Under the pieces are notes generated by a model. It saw nothing but the letters and a program-made list of their open reading frames with translations. It searched no databases and had not been told where the DNA came from. Of a stretch of 38,432 bases of DNA, positions 5,846 to 14,262 are shown one piece after another. The position numbers were made by a program, and so were the translations under genes. Origin of the DNA: a virus; the IMG/VR virus record IMGVR_UViG_3300045988_091866, positions 1 to 38,432 of that record; one strand, given 5' to 3'. Within the stretch, counting starts at the first letter, position 1. The number at the start of each line of letters is the position of its first letter.

Positions 5846-6463
5846 ATGGAGGCAATCATCAACGGCATCAACAGGATGGCGGGCAGCTATCATGCTCAAG
5901 ATATCTTCCAGGATTGGGTGCAGATGTCCGGGATCTCTATATCAAACCAGTTATTTTTCGATCAACGACTGGAAGAGCAGTATCTGACACTTGCAAAAAA
6001 ATACAACGATGAGCAGTTAAAAGAAATGTGCCGATGGACCGCAAGGCTTGTAGAGCTGTTTGAGAATGATATCAATGATTATCTCGGCAGCATCTACATG
6101 ATGTTAAATGCCGGGAATTCGAGGACAGGTCAATTTTTCACACCATTTCATGTGTGTGTGCTGATGGCCAAGGCGGTACTTACTGGATATAGCGGCGAAA
6201 AGATCACAGCCAATGAGCCCAGTGTCGGCGGCGGGGCCAATTTTCTGGCGGTAGCCAAGGAGATCCAGCGTTTAGGTTACGATTATCAAAGTTTGCTTGA
6301 CGTTGTCGCCCAGGATCTTGATTACAAATGCGTGTGGATGTCTTATCTACAGTTTAGCTTTGCGGGTATTAGTGCGATATGTGTGCAAGGCAATACCCTG
6401 CAAAATGAAATCAATTTTACCTTAGTCACGCCAATGTATTGCTTGAGAGGTGTGTCACCGTGA
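5846..6463 (+). CDS. N6-adenine methyltransferase-like protein lacking the catalytic NPPY/F motif (205 aa)
   Basis: ...DYLGSIYMMLNAGNSRTGQFFTPFHVCVLMAKAV... is HsdM/gamma-class motif X, EPSVGGGANFL is a degenerate motif I, and ...VVAQDLD... and ...QGNTL... follow. The ORF stops before any NPP[YF]. Confidence 0.6.
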   Translation: MEAIINGINRMAGSYHAQDIFQDWVQMSGISISNQLFFDQRLEEQYLTLAKKYNDEQLKEMCRWTARLVELFENDINDYLGSIYMMLNAGNSRTGQFFTPFHVCVLMAKAVLTGYSGEKITANEPSVGGGANFLAVAKEIQRLGYDYQSLLDVVAQDLDYKCVWMSYLQFSFAGISAICVQGNTLQNEINFTLVTPMYCLRGVSP

Positions 6464-7512
6464 AAAATGATGTAATCAATTTAATCATTTTGAAGCTAAA
6501 TGATAAAATTGAAAGCCGTGAAATCGAGCTTATAAAGAATACGCTAATCACCTGTCTTGAAGATTATGATCTGGTACCTAAAAAGAATGAAGTCGTACCG
6601 TATGGCTACGAAGACGAAAAGCTGATTCAGCTGTTCTTGGTAAGCAAAAAGATTGATGGATTGAGTGATCGATCCATTAAAGTGTATAGGCAGGAGTTAA
6701 ATTCACATCTACACCTATACATTCAAAAAAAGATCACCGACATTACAACGGACGATCTGCGGATGCACTTTGCGAAACGGATGATCGATAGCCCGAATTT
6801 ATCAAAATCGACGCTAAACAGTGAACGGCGGTATTTATCCAGCTTCTTCACTTGGCTTGCGGACAACGGATATATTTCCAGAAATCCAATGCGAGCGATT
6901 AAGATGATGAAAGAGGACAAGCGGATCAAGAAGCCATTTACACAGGAGGAAATTGAACTCATGCGAGACGAACTCAAGAATCGAGTTGAAAAGGCAAGAA
7001 ATAATCGGGATCGGTTTGTCGCAATAAGAATGCAAGCACTCTTTGAATTTATGCTGAGCACCGGTTGCCGTGTAAGCGAAGCTTCCGGTGCTAAACTTAA
7101 GGATTTAAACATGACAAGCAACGAGATTCTCGTGTTTGGAAAAGGGGCAAAAGAACGTGTTTGTTATCTAAACGAAATCTCGATCATCCGCTTAAAACAA
7201 TGGCTTGAGGTTAGATCAGAGATGTCAGTAGACAGTGAGTATTTGTTTACGGGATATCAGAACTCATATACCGATGAAACGCAGCTCGGTGCTGGAAGCA
7301 TTGAGAGCTATTTCCGGCATTTAGGTAATCAGCTCGGGATCAAGTGTCATCCGCACAAGTTCAGACGGACGTGCGCTACGATGGCACTCACAAAGGGGAT
7401 GCCAATCGAAGAAGTACAGCAGATGCTTGGTCACAACGAGATCAACACAACCATGATCTACGCCCAAGTATCGCAAGAGAATGTGAAACACAGTCATAGA
7501 AAATATATGTAA
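6460..7512 (+). CDS. Tyrosine recombinase (XerC/D / phage-integrase family)
   Basis: Catalytic signature: ...STGCRVSEA (Arg), GKGAKER (Lys), HPHKFRRT (His-x-x-Arg), LGHNEINTTMIY (His...Tyr). GTG 6460 overlaps the upstream TGA; the track start is TTG 6439 and the exact start is uncertain. Confidence 0.88.
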   Translation: MKNDVINLIILKLNDKIESREIELIKNTLITCLEDYDLVPKKNEVVPYGYEDEKLIQLFLVSKKIDGLSDRSIKVYRQELNSHLHLYIQKKITDITTDDLRMHFAKRMIDSPNLSKSTLNSERRYLSSFFTWLADNGYISRNPMRAIKMMKEDKRIKKPFTQEEIELMRDELKNRVEKARNNRDRFVAIRMQALFEFMLSTGCRVSEASGAKLKDLNMTSNEILVFGKGAKERVCYLNEISIIRLKQWLEVRSEMSVDSEYLFTGYQNSYTDETQLGAGSIESYFRHLGNQLGIKCHPHKFRRTCATMALTKGMPIEEVQQMLGHNEINTTMIYAQVSQENVKHSHRKYM

Positions 7513-7520
7513 GAAATTGA

Positions 7521-7541
7521 CCAGCTCATGGAGCAGCTGGC
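7521..7541. repeat. 21-bp exact direct repeat, right copy; candidate attR-type core
   Basis: It is identical to 5815-5835, and 24/25 identity is reached when extended through ...GAG. Confidence 0.9.
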
Positions 7542-7556
7542 GGAGGAAAAGGAAAC

Positions 7557-9596
7557 ATGGAATTAAAAAAGGTCATCATCGAGAATTTCCGCAATATCGT
7601 GCATGCAGAGTATGATCTTACATCCCGCAGCATTTTCGCGGGCCCGAACCGCAAGGGCAAGACAAACACCATCCTGGCGATCTATTGGGCGTTAACAGAT
7701 CTGCTGCTTGATGGATCATCCAACTATCAGTCGTTTAAGCCAGGCTACATTGAGGAGGCCGAGGTCAGCGTCGAGCTAGTCTGTGATGCCTTCACGCTCA
7801 AAAAAGTTTATAAGGGTTGGCGGCCAAGACAGCAAGGTTCTGGTGATCCAGGCGATCTGCAACATACCACCGATTATTGGATAGATGGCACCAAGTACAA
7901 AACACAGAGTGAGGCAAAAAGGGCGCTGCTTAAGCTGCTTGGCACCGATCGACAGCTTGAGACATCAAAGTTCGATCTGACCCGGACATTGATTGACCCG
8001 TACTACATCGGTCAAGAGTGTGACTATAAGACGCTGCGAAGCTTTATCGTTGAGATCATCGGCGATGTAAGTAATGAAGATGTCTTTGCATCCGATCCGG
8101 CGCTGCTGACAATTCGTGATCTGATGGCGCGGTATCAGTATGATCCTGGACTTGCGCAAAAGTTTGTCAAGCAACAAGTCACAGCGGTTAAAAAGGATAT
8201 TGAGGCAAGTGAGCAGCAAGTTAAAGGTCTGGAGTCTGTACAGGACGTGGATCCAGCACTGCTCAAAGAGGCTCAAGAGGCGCTTGATCAAATTGACAAG
8301 CAGATCGAAGGCTTACAGGTGCAATTGTCCGGCAAGGATAATCCACAAGTTAACGAGGCAAAGCTCAAACTATCTGATCTGACCTTAAAACTTGCGGAGA
8401 GCCGGACAAAGGATATGGAGGCGGTACAGGAGCACAACCGACAAATTGAGGCGGAGATCAGCCGACTGCAAAAAGTGCAACAGGATGCAGAGCAGCAAGC
8501 GCAGGATTTAATCCGGCGGAAAATTTCCGCGGAAAACGCAATCCTCGGCAATGATCAAAAGATTGTCAGCATTGAGCAGCAGATCGAGGACTTAGAAGCT
8601 CGCAGACAAGATCGGCTACAGGAATACCATGCAAGAAGTGCTGAAGAATATATGCTGCCAGAATCTCAGAAAGAAGTGTGTCCGAATTGTGGTCATGTGC
8701 TCAATCTAGAAGCGCTTGAAAGTTATAGATCAGCCTGGGAAGCTAACAAGCAGCGGGATCTGGACTACATCGTTCGCCAGGGAAAGCAGCTAAATAATGA
8801 CATTGAAAATTTGCGATTTAAAATCGAAGAACTGCGAAAAGGGAAAGCTTCCTCAGAGGAAAATCTACCGCTGATCAAGCAGGAAATCAGATCATTTGAA
8901 ACAGAGGCTCAGCAAGCCCAGGACAGCGTCGGACAGCTGCGTAAACAACTGACTGATATAGTTGACTCAGAGCGGACAACAGCTCTCAAAGAGTCTGTAA
9001 AAGAGGCTCAGGACAACTATGACAATTTGATCAAAGCACAACAGGCATCTGTGGAGGAGGTACAAGGGGAGATCAAGCGGTTAAAGGCTGAGACATTGCA
9101 ACATCACGGCGTGTTGGATTATCACGTCGCCTACATGGTAACTCAGAAAAAAGCTGAGGCTATGCGCAACCAGATCAAAACAAAAGAGGACACACTGATT
9201 GATTTTGAGCAGCAGTCCATTCTGGTTGATCGGTTTTTGGAGATCAAGTTAGGTTTGTTTCAGCGCCGGATTTCCGGCGTGTTTGGTGACCGGGTCCAAT
9301 TTACGCTGATCAAATACAACCTTAAAAAAGGTAGCTGGGATGAGGTGTGCTATCCGTCAGTATTGGATAAAAACACACCGTTCGAGGACGGCTCAGGATC
9401 CGAAAAGATCTTGACCGGTATCTACCTGGCGGAGTGTGTCAAGCGTCATCTGGGACTGGGCGATCTGCCTTATATCTTTGATGAGTGTGACAAGCTCGAC
9501 ACAGCCAGCCTGGCGGCGATTCCGACGCAGGCGCAGATCATCACAACAAAAGTTGACGATGTCAACTATAACAAAGTAACGCTGATTAGCGCATAG
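7557..9596 (+). CDS. Rad50/SbcC-like SMC-type ATPase with a long coiled coil and a CxxC zinc hook
   Basis: Walker A is GPNRKGKTN at the N-terminus. A roughly 400-aa Glu/Gln/Lys-rich coiled coil is interrupted by CPNCGH. Walker B / D-loop is LPYIFDECDKLD near the C-terminus. Confidence 0.8.
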   Translation: MELKKVIIENFRNIVHAEYDLTSRSIFAGPNRKGKTNTILAIYWALTDLLLDGSSNYQSFKPGYIEEAEVSVELVCDAFTLKKVYKGWRPRQQGSGDPGDLQHTTDYWIDGTKYKTQSEAKRALLKLLGTDRQLETSKFDLTRTLIDPYYIGQECDYKTLRSFIVEIIGDVSNEDVFASDPALLTIRDLMARYQYDPGLAQKFVKQQVTAVKKDIEASEQQVKGLESVQDVDPALLKEAQEALDQIDKQIEGLQVQLSGKDNPQVNEAKLKLSDLTLKLAESRTKDMEAVQEHNRQIEAEISRLQKVQQDAEQQAQDLIRRKISAENAILGNDQKIVSIEQQIEDLEARRQDRLQEYHARSAEEYMLPESQKEVCPNCGHVLNLEALESYRSAWEANKQRDLDYIVRQGKQLNNDIENLRFKIEELRKGKASSEENLPLIKQEIRSFETEAQQAQDSVGQLRKQLTDIVDSERTTALKESVKEAQDNYDNLIKAQQASVEEVQGEIKRLKAETLQHHGVLDYHVAYMVTQKKAEAMRNQIKTKEDTLIDFEQQSILVDRFLEIKLGLFQRRISGVFGDRVQFTLIKYNLKKGSWDEVCYPSVLDKNTPFEDGSGSEKILTGIYLAECVKRHLGLGDLPYIFDECDKLDTASLAAIPTQAQIITTKVDDVNYNKVTLISA

Positions 9597-9616
9597 AAAG
9601 AGAGAGGTAAAAGATT

Positions 9617-9820
9617 ATGATTAAAGGCACTGTTAAGTTTTTTGAGGAAAAGAAGGGCTACGGATTTATCGCAGGCGACAACGGAAAGGTTTATTTCTTC
9701 CACTGGTCAGACATCCAAGCTGAGGGCTACAAAAAAGCTGAAAAGAACCAGCGCGTAACCTTTGAGGTAATCCAAAGCGACCGCGGTGAAAAGGCAGGCT
9801 ATGTCTGCTTGGAGAAATAA
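9617..9820 (+). CDS. Cold-shock domain protein (CspA family)
   Basis: MIKGTVKFFEEKKGYGFIAGDNGKVYFFHWSDIQ... contains the RNP1-like KGYGFI and RNP2-like VYFFH motifs. Confidence 0.9.
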   Translation: MIKGTVKFFEEKKGYGFIAGDNGKVYFFHWSDIQAEGYKKAEKNQRVTFEVIQSDRGEKAGYVCLEK

Positions 9821-9821
9821 C

Positions 9822-10895
9822 ATGGCAGAAGAAAAAAATAATGCAACGGTAAAGGCTCAGAGTACAAACTCTCAGCCTTTCCAATCAGCGCTGGCGAAGA
9901 CACAGACTGCCTACACAGAGATGGTTGTTAAGGCAGGATTAAAGCTTAATATCAAGTATTCAGAGTATCAGAAGCTGTGTGTGGCAAACCTTCTAACGAA
10001 AATGAAAGAACTGCTCGACAAAGAAGGGCTTGATATCACGCAGATCAATCAAACAAACATCACGTCTATTTTACAGACAGCAGCCATGCTCAATCTTAAT
10101 GCTGCTGCTTCTCCAAGAGAGTGCTATGTCATCACGCGGAATGTTAAGACAGCGAACGGTTGGTCTAAAGAATTTGAATTTGGAATTGAGGGCGACGGTA
10201 ACGACAAAATCCTGCGAAAGTACGGTGCCGGAGTGAAACAGGTCTATCCAATCTGGGAAGTCCGCGAAGGTGATGAGTTTACCTATCCAGCCTTTAAGGG
10301 TATCAACCTGGATCCGCCATCATGGGCGCCTAAAAGCATGACCGGCAAGGTTGTGCGAGTGGTCTATCCGATCCGATATGAGGATGATCAGATCCAGTAT
10401 CACATTTCTGAGCGTGATGAGGTCAAGGTCAACCTGCAGGCGCATATCAGCAATAATCTGCTCAAGTCAAAAGATTACACAGAAGCAAAAAAGACGGAGA
10501 TCATTGATCGTCTTAAAGACATGACGCTGGATCAGATTTTTGAAGATTCCGACGCATTAAAAATCATGTCACCAGCCTGGCGATCGCCGCATTCGCGTGA
10601 AGCGATGATTTTACGCAAAATGCGAAATAATGCGATCAAGAAGATCCCGAAGGATTTCAGTGATGCTTTCATGGCCAAGGCGTATGAATCTACGTTTGAG
10701 GACTACGATCAGTATCGCGACGATCGAATTGATAAAGAAGGAGCAGTTGACGCAGAAGTCGCTGAGCAAGCCGGAATCCGCCCAGTACAAGACGATATTC
10801 CGGCGATCCCTCAACAGGCCGAGAGCGTAAAAAAAGCCCCGGAAATCATCTGTAACGAGGCCGAGAAGGTCGCTGTGTCGGCGGATCCATTCTGA
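9822..10895 (+). CDS. recT: RecT-family single-strand annealing recombinase
   Basis: ...NITSILQTAAMLNLNAAASPRECYVITRN... matches the RecT core pattern. ATG 9822 has GGAGA 6 nt upstream; the track start at 9786 lies inside csp. Confidence 0.72.
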   Translation: MAEEKNNATVKAQSTNSQPFQSALAKTQTAYTEMVVKAGLKLNIKYSEYQKLCVANLLTKMKELLDKEGLDITQINQTNITSILQTAAMLNLNAAASPRECYVITRNVKTANGWSKEFEFGIEGDGNDKILRKYGAGVKQVYPIWEVREGDEFTYPAFKGINLDPPSWAPKSMTGKVVRVVYPIRYEDDQIQYHISERDEVKVNLQAHISNNLLKSKDYTEAKKTEIIDRLKDMTLDQIFEDSDALKIMSPAWRSPHSREAMILRKMRNNAIKKIPKDFSDAFMAKAYESTFEDYDQYRDDRIDKEGAVDAEVAEQAGIRPVQDDIPAIPQQAESVKKAPEIICNEAEKVAVSADPF

Positions 10896-10897
10896 TC

Positions 10898-11647
10898 ATG
10901 GAATTCCGTTGCTTGGCCAGCTCATCCGCTGGCAACTGTTATCATATTACATTAAATCGCAAAGACTTGCCTCCGGTAGTGCTGCTACTGGAGGCCGGCC
11001 TTCCCTACGCTGAGCTTCTGCGGCGTATGACCTCTGAGGGGCTTGATTTGCGGGCCGTGGATGCTGTTTTAATCACGCATAATCACAAGGACCACTGCGC
11101 TGCTTTCGGCGATCTGCGACGCCGCGGGAAGCGTGTGTATGGCAACCGGTTGATCGTTGGAGAGAACCAGAGCACACTGCTGGAGGCCGGCCGGATTAAG
11201 ACCCTCGCTGCAGAAACGAGAGTTTACCCGTTTGCCGTTGAGCATGACGCAGAGGATAGCCTGGGTTTTGTAATTTACACCGATATGGAGATGATCCTGT
11301 TTGTCAATGATTGTAAGTATTTCGCTGAGGATTTATCTAAACAAAAATTCAACTATATTTTCATCGAGTCTAACTATGACGGCCAGGTGATCCACTTTGC
11401 TTACGAGGCTGCCAAAGAGCAACATAACGAGGTCGATATTAAACGGTATGAGCGCATTTTAAACAGCCATATGTCTATCAAACACACCTGCGATCAGCTC
11501 AAAAAGCTTGATCTCAGCAACTGCAAAGGCATCTTCTTGATGCACCTTTCAGATCGTCATGCCAACCCAAATTTGTTTAAACAAAGGGTTCAGAAACAGT
11601 TCGGAAAGCCTTGCTTTGCGTGTCGAAAAAGCGGGGGTATTTTGTAA
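10898..11647 (+). CDS. Metallo-beta-lactamase-fold hydrolase (probable recombination exonuclease partner of RecT)
   Basis: The H-x-H-x-D-H motif is LITHNHKDHC, and the gene sits immediately after recT. Confidence 0.75.
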   Translation: MEFRCLASSSAGNCYHITLNRKDLPPVVLLLEAGLPYAELLRRMTSEGLDLRAVDAVLITHNHKDHCAAFGDLRRRGKRVYGNRLIVGENQSTLLEAGRIKTLAAETRVYPFAVEHDAEDSLGFVIYTDMEMILFVNDCKYFAEDLSKQKFNYIFIESNYDGQVIHFAYEAAKEQHNEVDIKRYERILNSHMSIKHTCDQLKKLDLSNCKGIFLMHLSDRHANPNLFKQRVQKQFGKPCFACRKSGGIL

Positions 11648-11663
11648 AGGAGGGGTTTATACA

Positions 11664-12653
11664 ATGTATTCCAAGATTGATAGCCTGTTTTGGCGGGATC
11701 AAAAAAATAGAAAATTAAGTGATGATGGGAAATTGTTGTTTTTATATCTTCTCACTTGTCCTCATCGTAGTTCAATAGGGTTGTATTACCTCCCTGAACA
11801 ATATGTTGCTTCGGACATAAAATGGACACTTGAAAGGGTTCAAAAAGGGTTTAAAGAACTGTTACAAAACGGTTGCGTTAAGTACGACAAAGATAACGAA
11901 ATCGTCTTTATTAAAAACTTTTTACGGTATAACAGCTTTGAAAACTCAAACCAAATTAGAGGAGCTTTAAAATACCTTATTACATTGCCTGACACAGTGT
12001 TTTTAAGCGATCTTATAGAGGTTATAAAAATGGGATACGAAGACTGTTCTAAGGATAAAAGCCAAGACTTTAAGAAGGCTTTAGAAACCCTTATGACAAC
12101 CCTTGCCGAAAGAGTTCGGAATACAGTAGCTTATAACAGTAACAGTAACAGTAGCTTATATTTAAATACTTTAGCGCCGAGCTCTAACGACTCGACGCCG
12201 GATAAAAATGCACTCGAACCTGTTCCCGATGGTGAGGAAAACCCGGAGGAGTTTTCAGAATTGTTACAAGAGCCACCGTTGATCATGTTGCCGTTGAACG
12301 ATGGAACAGAATATCCAATCGCTACATCAATGGCTAATGAATGGCAACAACTTTATCCAGCAACCAATGTCATAACAGAATTAAGAAAAATGCGAGGATG
12401 GTTATTGTCAGAGCCCACAAAAAGAAAAACCAGTCGTGGCATTTTAAGATTTGTCACGAATTGGTTAAGCCGTGAACAGGACAAAGGATCCCGTAATTTC
12501 CCAAAGACGGTTCGTCAGGATGTCTTACCTGACTACTACCAGCAGATGAAAACCGGATCTGAAAAAGAAACCGCAGAGGAAACCGATTTCAACCGCGAAG
12601 AATATGAAGAAATCCGCAGGCAGTTGCAGGAACAGGAGGAGGAGAAAAAATGA
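11664..12653 (+). CDS. Phage replication initiation / replisome organizer protein
   Basis: ATG 11664 follows AAAGGAGGGG. The C-terminus ...MRGWLLSEPTKRKTSRGILRFVTNWLSREQDKG is the conserved phage replication-protein C-terminal motif. An internal AT-rich iteron patch lies at 12123-12170. Confidence 0.7.
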   Translation: MYSKIDSLFWRDQKNRKLSDDGKLLFLYLLTCPHRSSIGLYYLPEQYVASDIKWTLERVQKGFKELLQNGCVKYDKDNEIVFIKNFLRYNSFENSNQIRGALKYLITLPDTVFLSDLIEVIKMGYEDCSKDKSQDFKKALETLMTTLAERVRNTVAYNSNSNSSLYLNTLAPSSNDSTPDKNALEPVPDGEENPEEFSELLQEPPLIMLPLNDGTEYPIATSMANEWQQLYPATNVITELRKMRGWLLSEPTKRKTSRGILRFVTNWLSREQDKGSRNFPKTVRQDVLPDYYQQMKTGSEKETAEETDFNREEYEEIRRQLQEQEEEKK

Positions 12654-12934
12654 ACAAAGAAAAATTATACAATCTCGCCATCGCAACATATGGAGATGAA
12701 GAACAGATCAACCAAGGTATCGAGGAGATGGCTGAGCTGATCCAGGCAATTAATAAATTCCGGCGCAATCCATGCGAAGAAACTCTGAATGGCATAGAGG
12801 AGGAAATAGCCGATGTTGAGATTATGCTGGAGCAGTACAAGATCATTTATGCTGCGAATCCTATTGTTGAGAAACTAAAAAATCAAAAACTGCAGCGCTT
12901 GGCATCTCGATTAGGGGTAAAAGACTATGATTAA
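12650..12934 (+). CDS. MazG-like nucleotide pyrophosphohydrolase
   Basis: The EExxE...EExxD pattern is present: GIEEMAELIQAI...GIEEEIADVEIMLEQ. Confidence 0.7.
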   Translation: MNKEKLYNLAIATYGDEEQINQGIEEMAELIQAINKFRRNPCEETLNGIEEEIADVEIMLEQYKIIYAANPIVEKLKNQKLQRLASRLGVKDYD

Positions 12935-13418
12935 CCGAGTAGTCATAACCGGGCGACTTTCCCGGGATCCTGAGTTGCGCAAGACACAATCTGGCTTGTC
13001 CGTCTGCAGCTTCCAGCTCGCAGTAGATCGCCCTAAGCAAAAGGGGCAGGATGAGGCGGTAACGGACTGGATCAGCTGCCAGGCTTGGCGGCAGGCTGCG
13101 GACTACATTTGCAACTATGCAAAAAAGGGCGCACTGCTTGCGGTGGACGGTAGACTCCAGACACGCAGCTACGACAACTCTTCGGGTCAAAAAGTCCATG
13201 TCACCGAGGTTGTCTGTGAGCGTGTTGAGATCCAGCGGCAGGCGTCAACGCAGGGCAGTGGTAAGCAGCAAACAAGATCAAACCAAGGTTATCAATACAC
13301 TGACGATGGAGGATTCGCAAACAGCTACACATCAACAGGTTCCCAAGATCCATTTGCCGATGATTACGGCCCGGGTCCGGCACTGGATATCAGCTCAGAC
13401 GATCTCCCTTTTGACTAA
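12927..13418 (+). CDS. ssb: Single-stranded DNA-binding protein
   Basis: MINRVVITGRLSRDPELRKTQSGLSVCSFQLAVDR... is an OB fold. A Gly/Gln-rich linker and the acidic tail ...DDLPFD follow. Confidence 0.92.
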   Translation: MINRVVITGRLSRDPELRKTQSGLSVCSFQLAVDRPKQKGQDEAVTDWISCQAWRQAADYICNYAKKGALLAVDGRLQTRSYDNSSGQKVHVTEVVCERVEIQRQASTQGSGKQQTRSNQGYQYTDDGGFANSYTSTGSQDPFADDYGPGPALDISSDDLPFD

Positions 13419-13490
13419 CCTTGTACAGCGTGGCTGACTGTGCAGGGTAAACGAATAAGCCAAAACTTAGATCGAAGGAGGGGAAAAAGG

Positions 13491-14201
13491 GTGAATGAAT
13501 TATTGAAAATTACATACAACGCTGATCAGATTACAGTATCAGCAAGAGAACTACATGAATTTTTGGAAGTAGGAACTAGGTTCAATGATTGGTTTTCTAG
13601 AATGTGTGAATATGGTTTTTCCAAAGGAATTGACTATGATGATGTTTTACTCAAAAATGAGCAAAACCCATTAGGCGGTCGTCCAGCTACAGATTACCAG
13701 CTCACTATCGATATGGCCAAAGAACTTGCAATGATCCAACGTAATGAGAAAGGCCGGCAGGCGCGTCAATACTTCTTGGAGGTTGAGCGTTGCTGGAATT
13801 CGCCAGAATACGTTATGAAGCGAGCTTTGGAGATTGCTGATCAGAAAGTAAAGCAACTTACCACTGAGAATAATAATCTGCGACCGAAAGCGAGGTTTGC
13901 TGATGCTGTTGCTGGAAGTGATACCAGTATTTTGATCGGAGAGCTTTCCAAGCTTTTGAAACAGAATGGTGTAAATATTGGACAAAAGCGTTTATTTGAA
14001 TGGTTGCGGCAAAATGGATATTTGATGAAGTCGGGCTCCAGCAAAAATATGCCTACACAAAGATCTATGGAACAAGGACTAATGGAAATCAAAGAGCGAA
14101 CGATTAACAATCCAGACGGCAGTGTACGAATCACTAAAACACCGAAAGTAACAGGAAAAGGACAGATATACTTTGTTAATCAGTTTATCTTTATAAAGTA
14201 A
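13491..14201 (+). CDS. Phage antirepressor (AntA-like N-terminal domain plus KilAC/ANT C-terminal domain)
   Basis: ...ITVSARELHEFLEVGTRFNDWFSRM... and ...RFADAVAGSDTSILIGELSKLLKQNGVNIGQKRLFEWLR... GTG 13491 follows GAAGGAGGGG. Confidence 0.8.
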   Translation: MNELLKITYNADQITVSARELHEFLEVGTRFNDWFSRMCEYGFSKGIDYDDVLLKNEQNPLGGRPATDYQLTIDMAKELAMIQRNEKGRQARQYFLEVERCWNSPEYVMKRALEIADQKVKQLTTENNNLRPKARFADAVAGSDTSILIGELSKLLKQNGVNIGQKRLFEWLRQNGYLMKSGSSKNMPTQRSMEQGLMEIKERTINNPDGSVRITKTPKVTGKGQIYFVNQFIFIK

Positions 14202-14225
14202 TTTCTATGACTACACAAACATTTA

Positions 14226-14252
14226 TAAAAAGAAAGCACCTATAAAAGGTGC
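14226..14252 (-). terminator. Rho-independent terminator for hicAB (stem GCACCT/AGGTGC, then a U-rich run on the minus strand)
   Basis: The minus strand reads gcaccttttataggtgctttcttttta. Confidence 0.65.
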
Positions 14253-14262
14253 AGTCGATGGA

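Larger units (their letters stand above)
5815..7541 (+). mobile_element. Candidate nested integrative cassette (1706-bp unit: MTase-like ORF plus tyrosine recombinase) bounded by the 21-bp direct repeats
   Basis: The evidence is the direct repeats, the recombinase abutting the right repeat, and a clean ancestral gene junction restored if the unit is removed. Confidence 0.55.

Noticed and set aside
11621-11627. Second TGTCGAA (0A box) upstream of the replication gene as an independent regulatory call
   Set aside because: It lies inside the MBL-nuclease coding sequence, and a 7-mer is expected several times by chance. It is mentioned only as context for the Spo0A finding.
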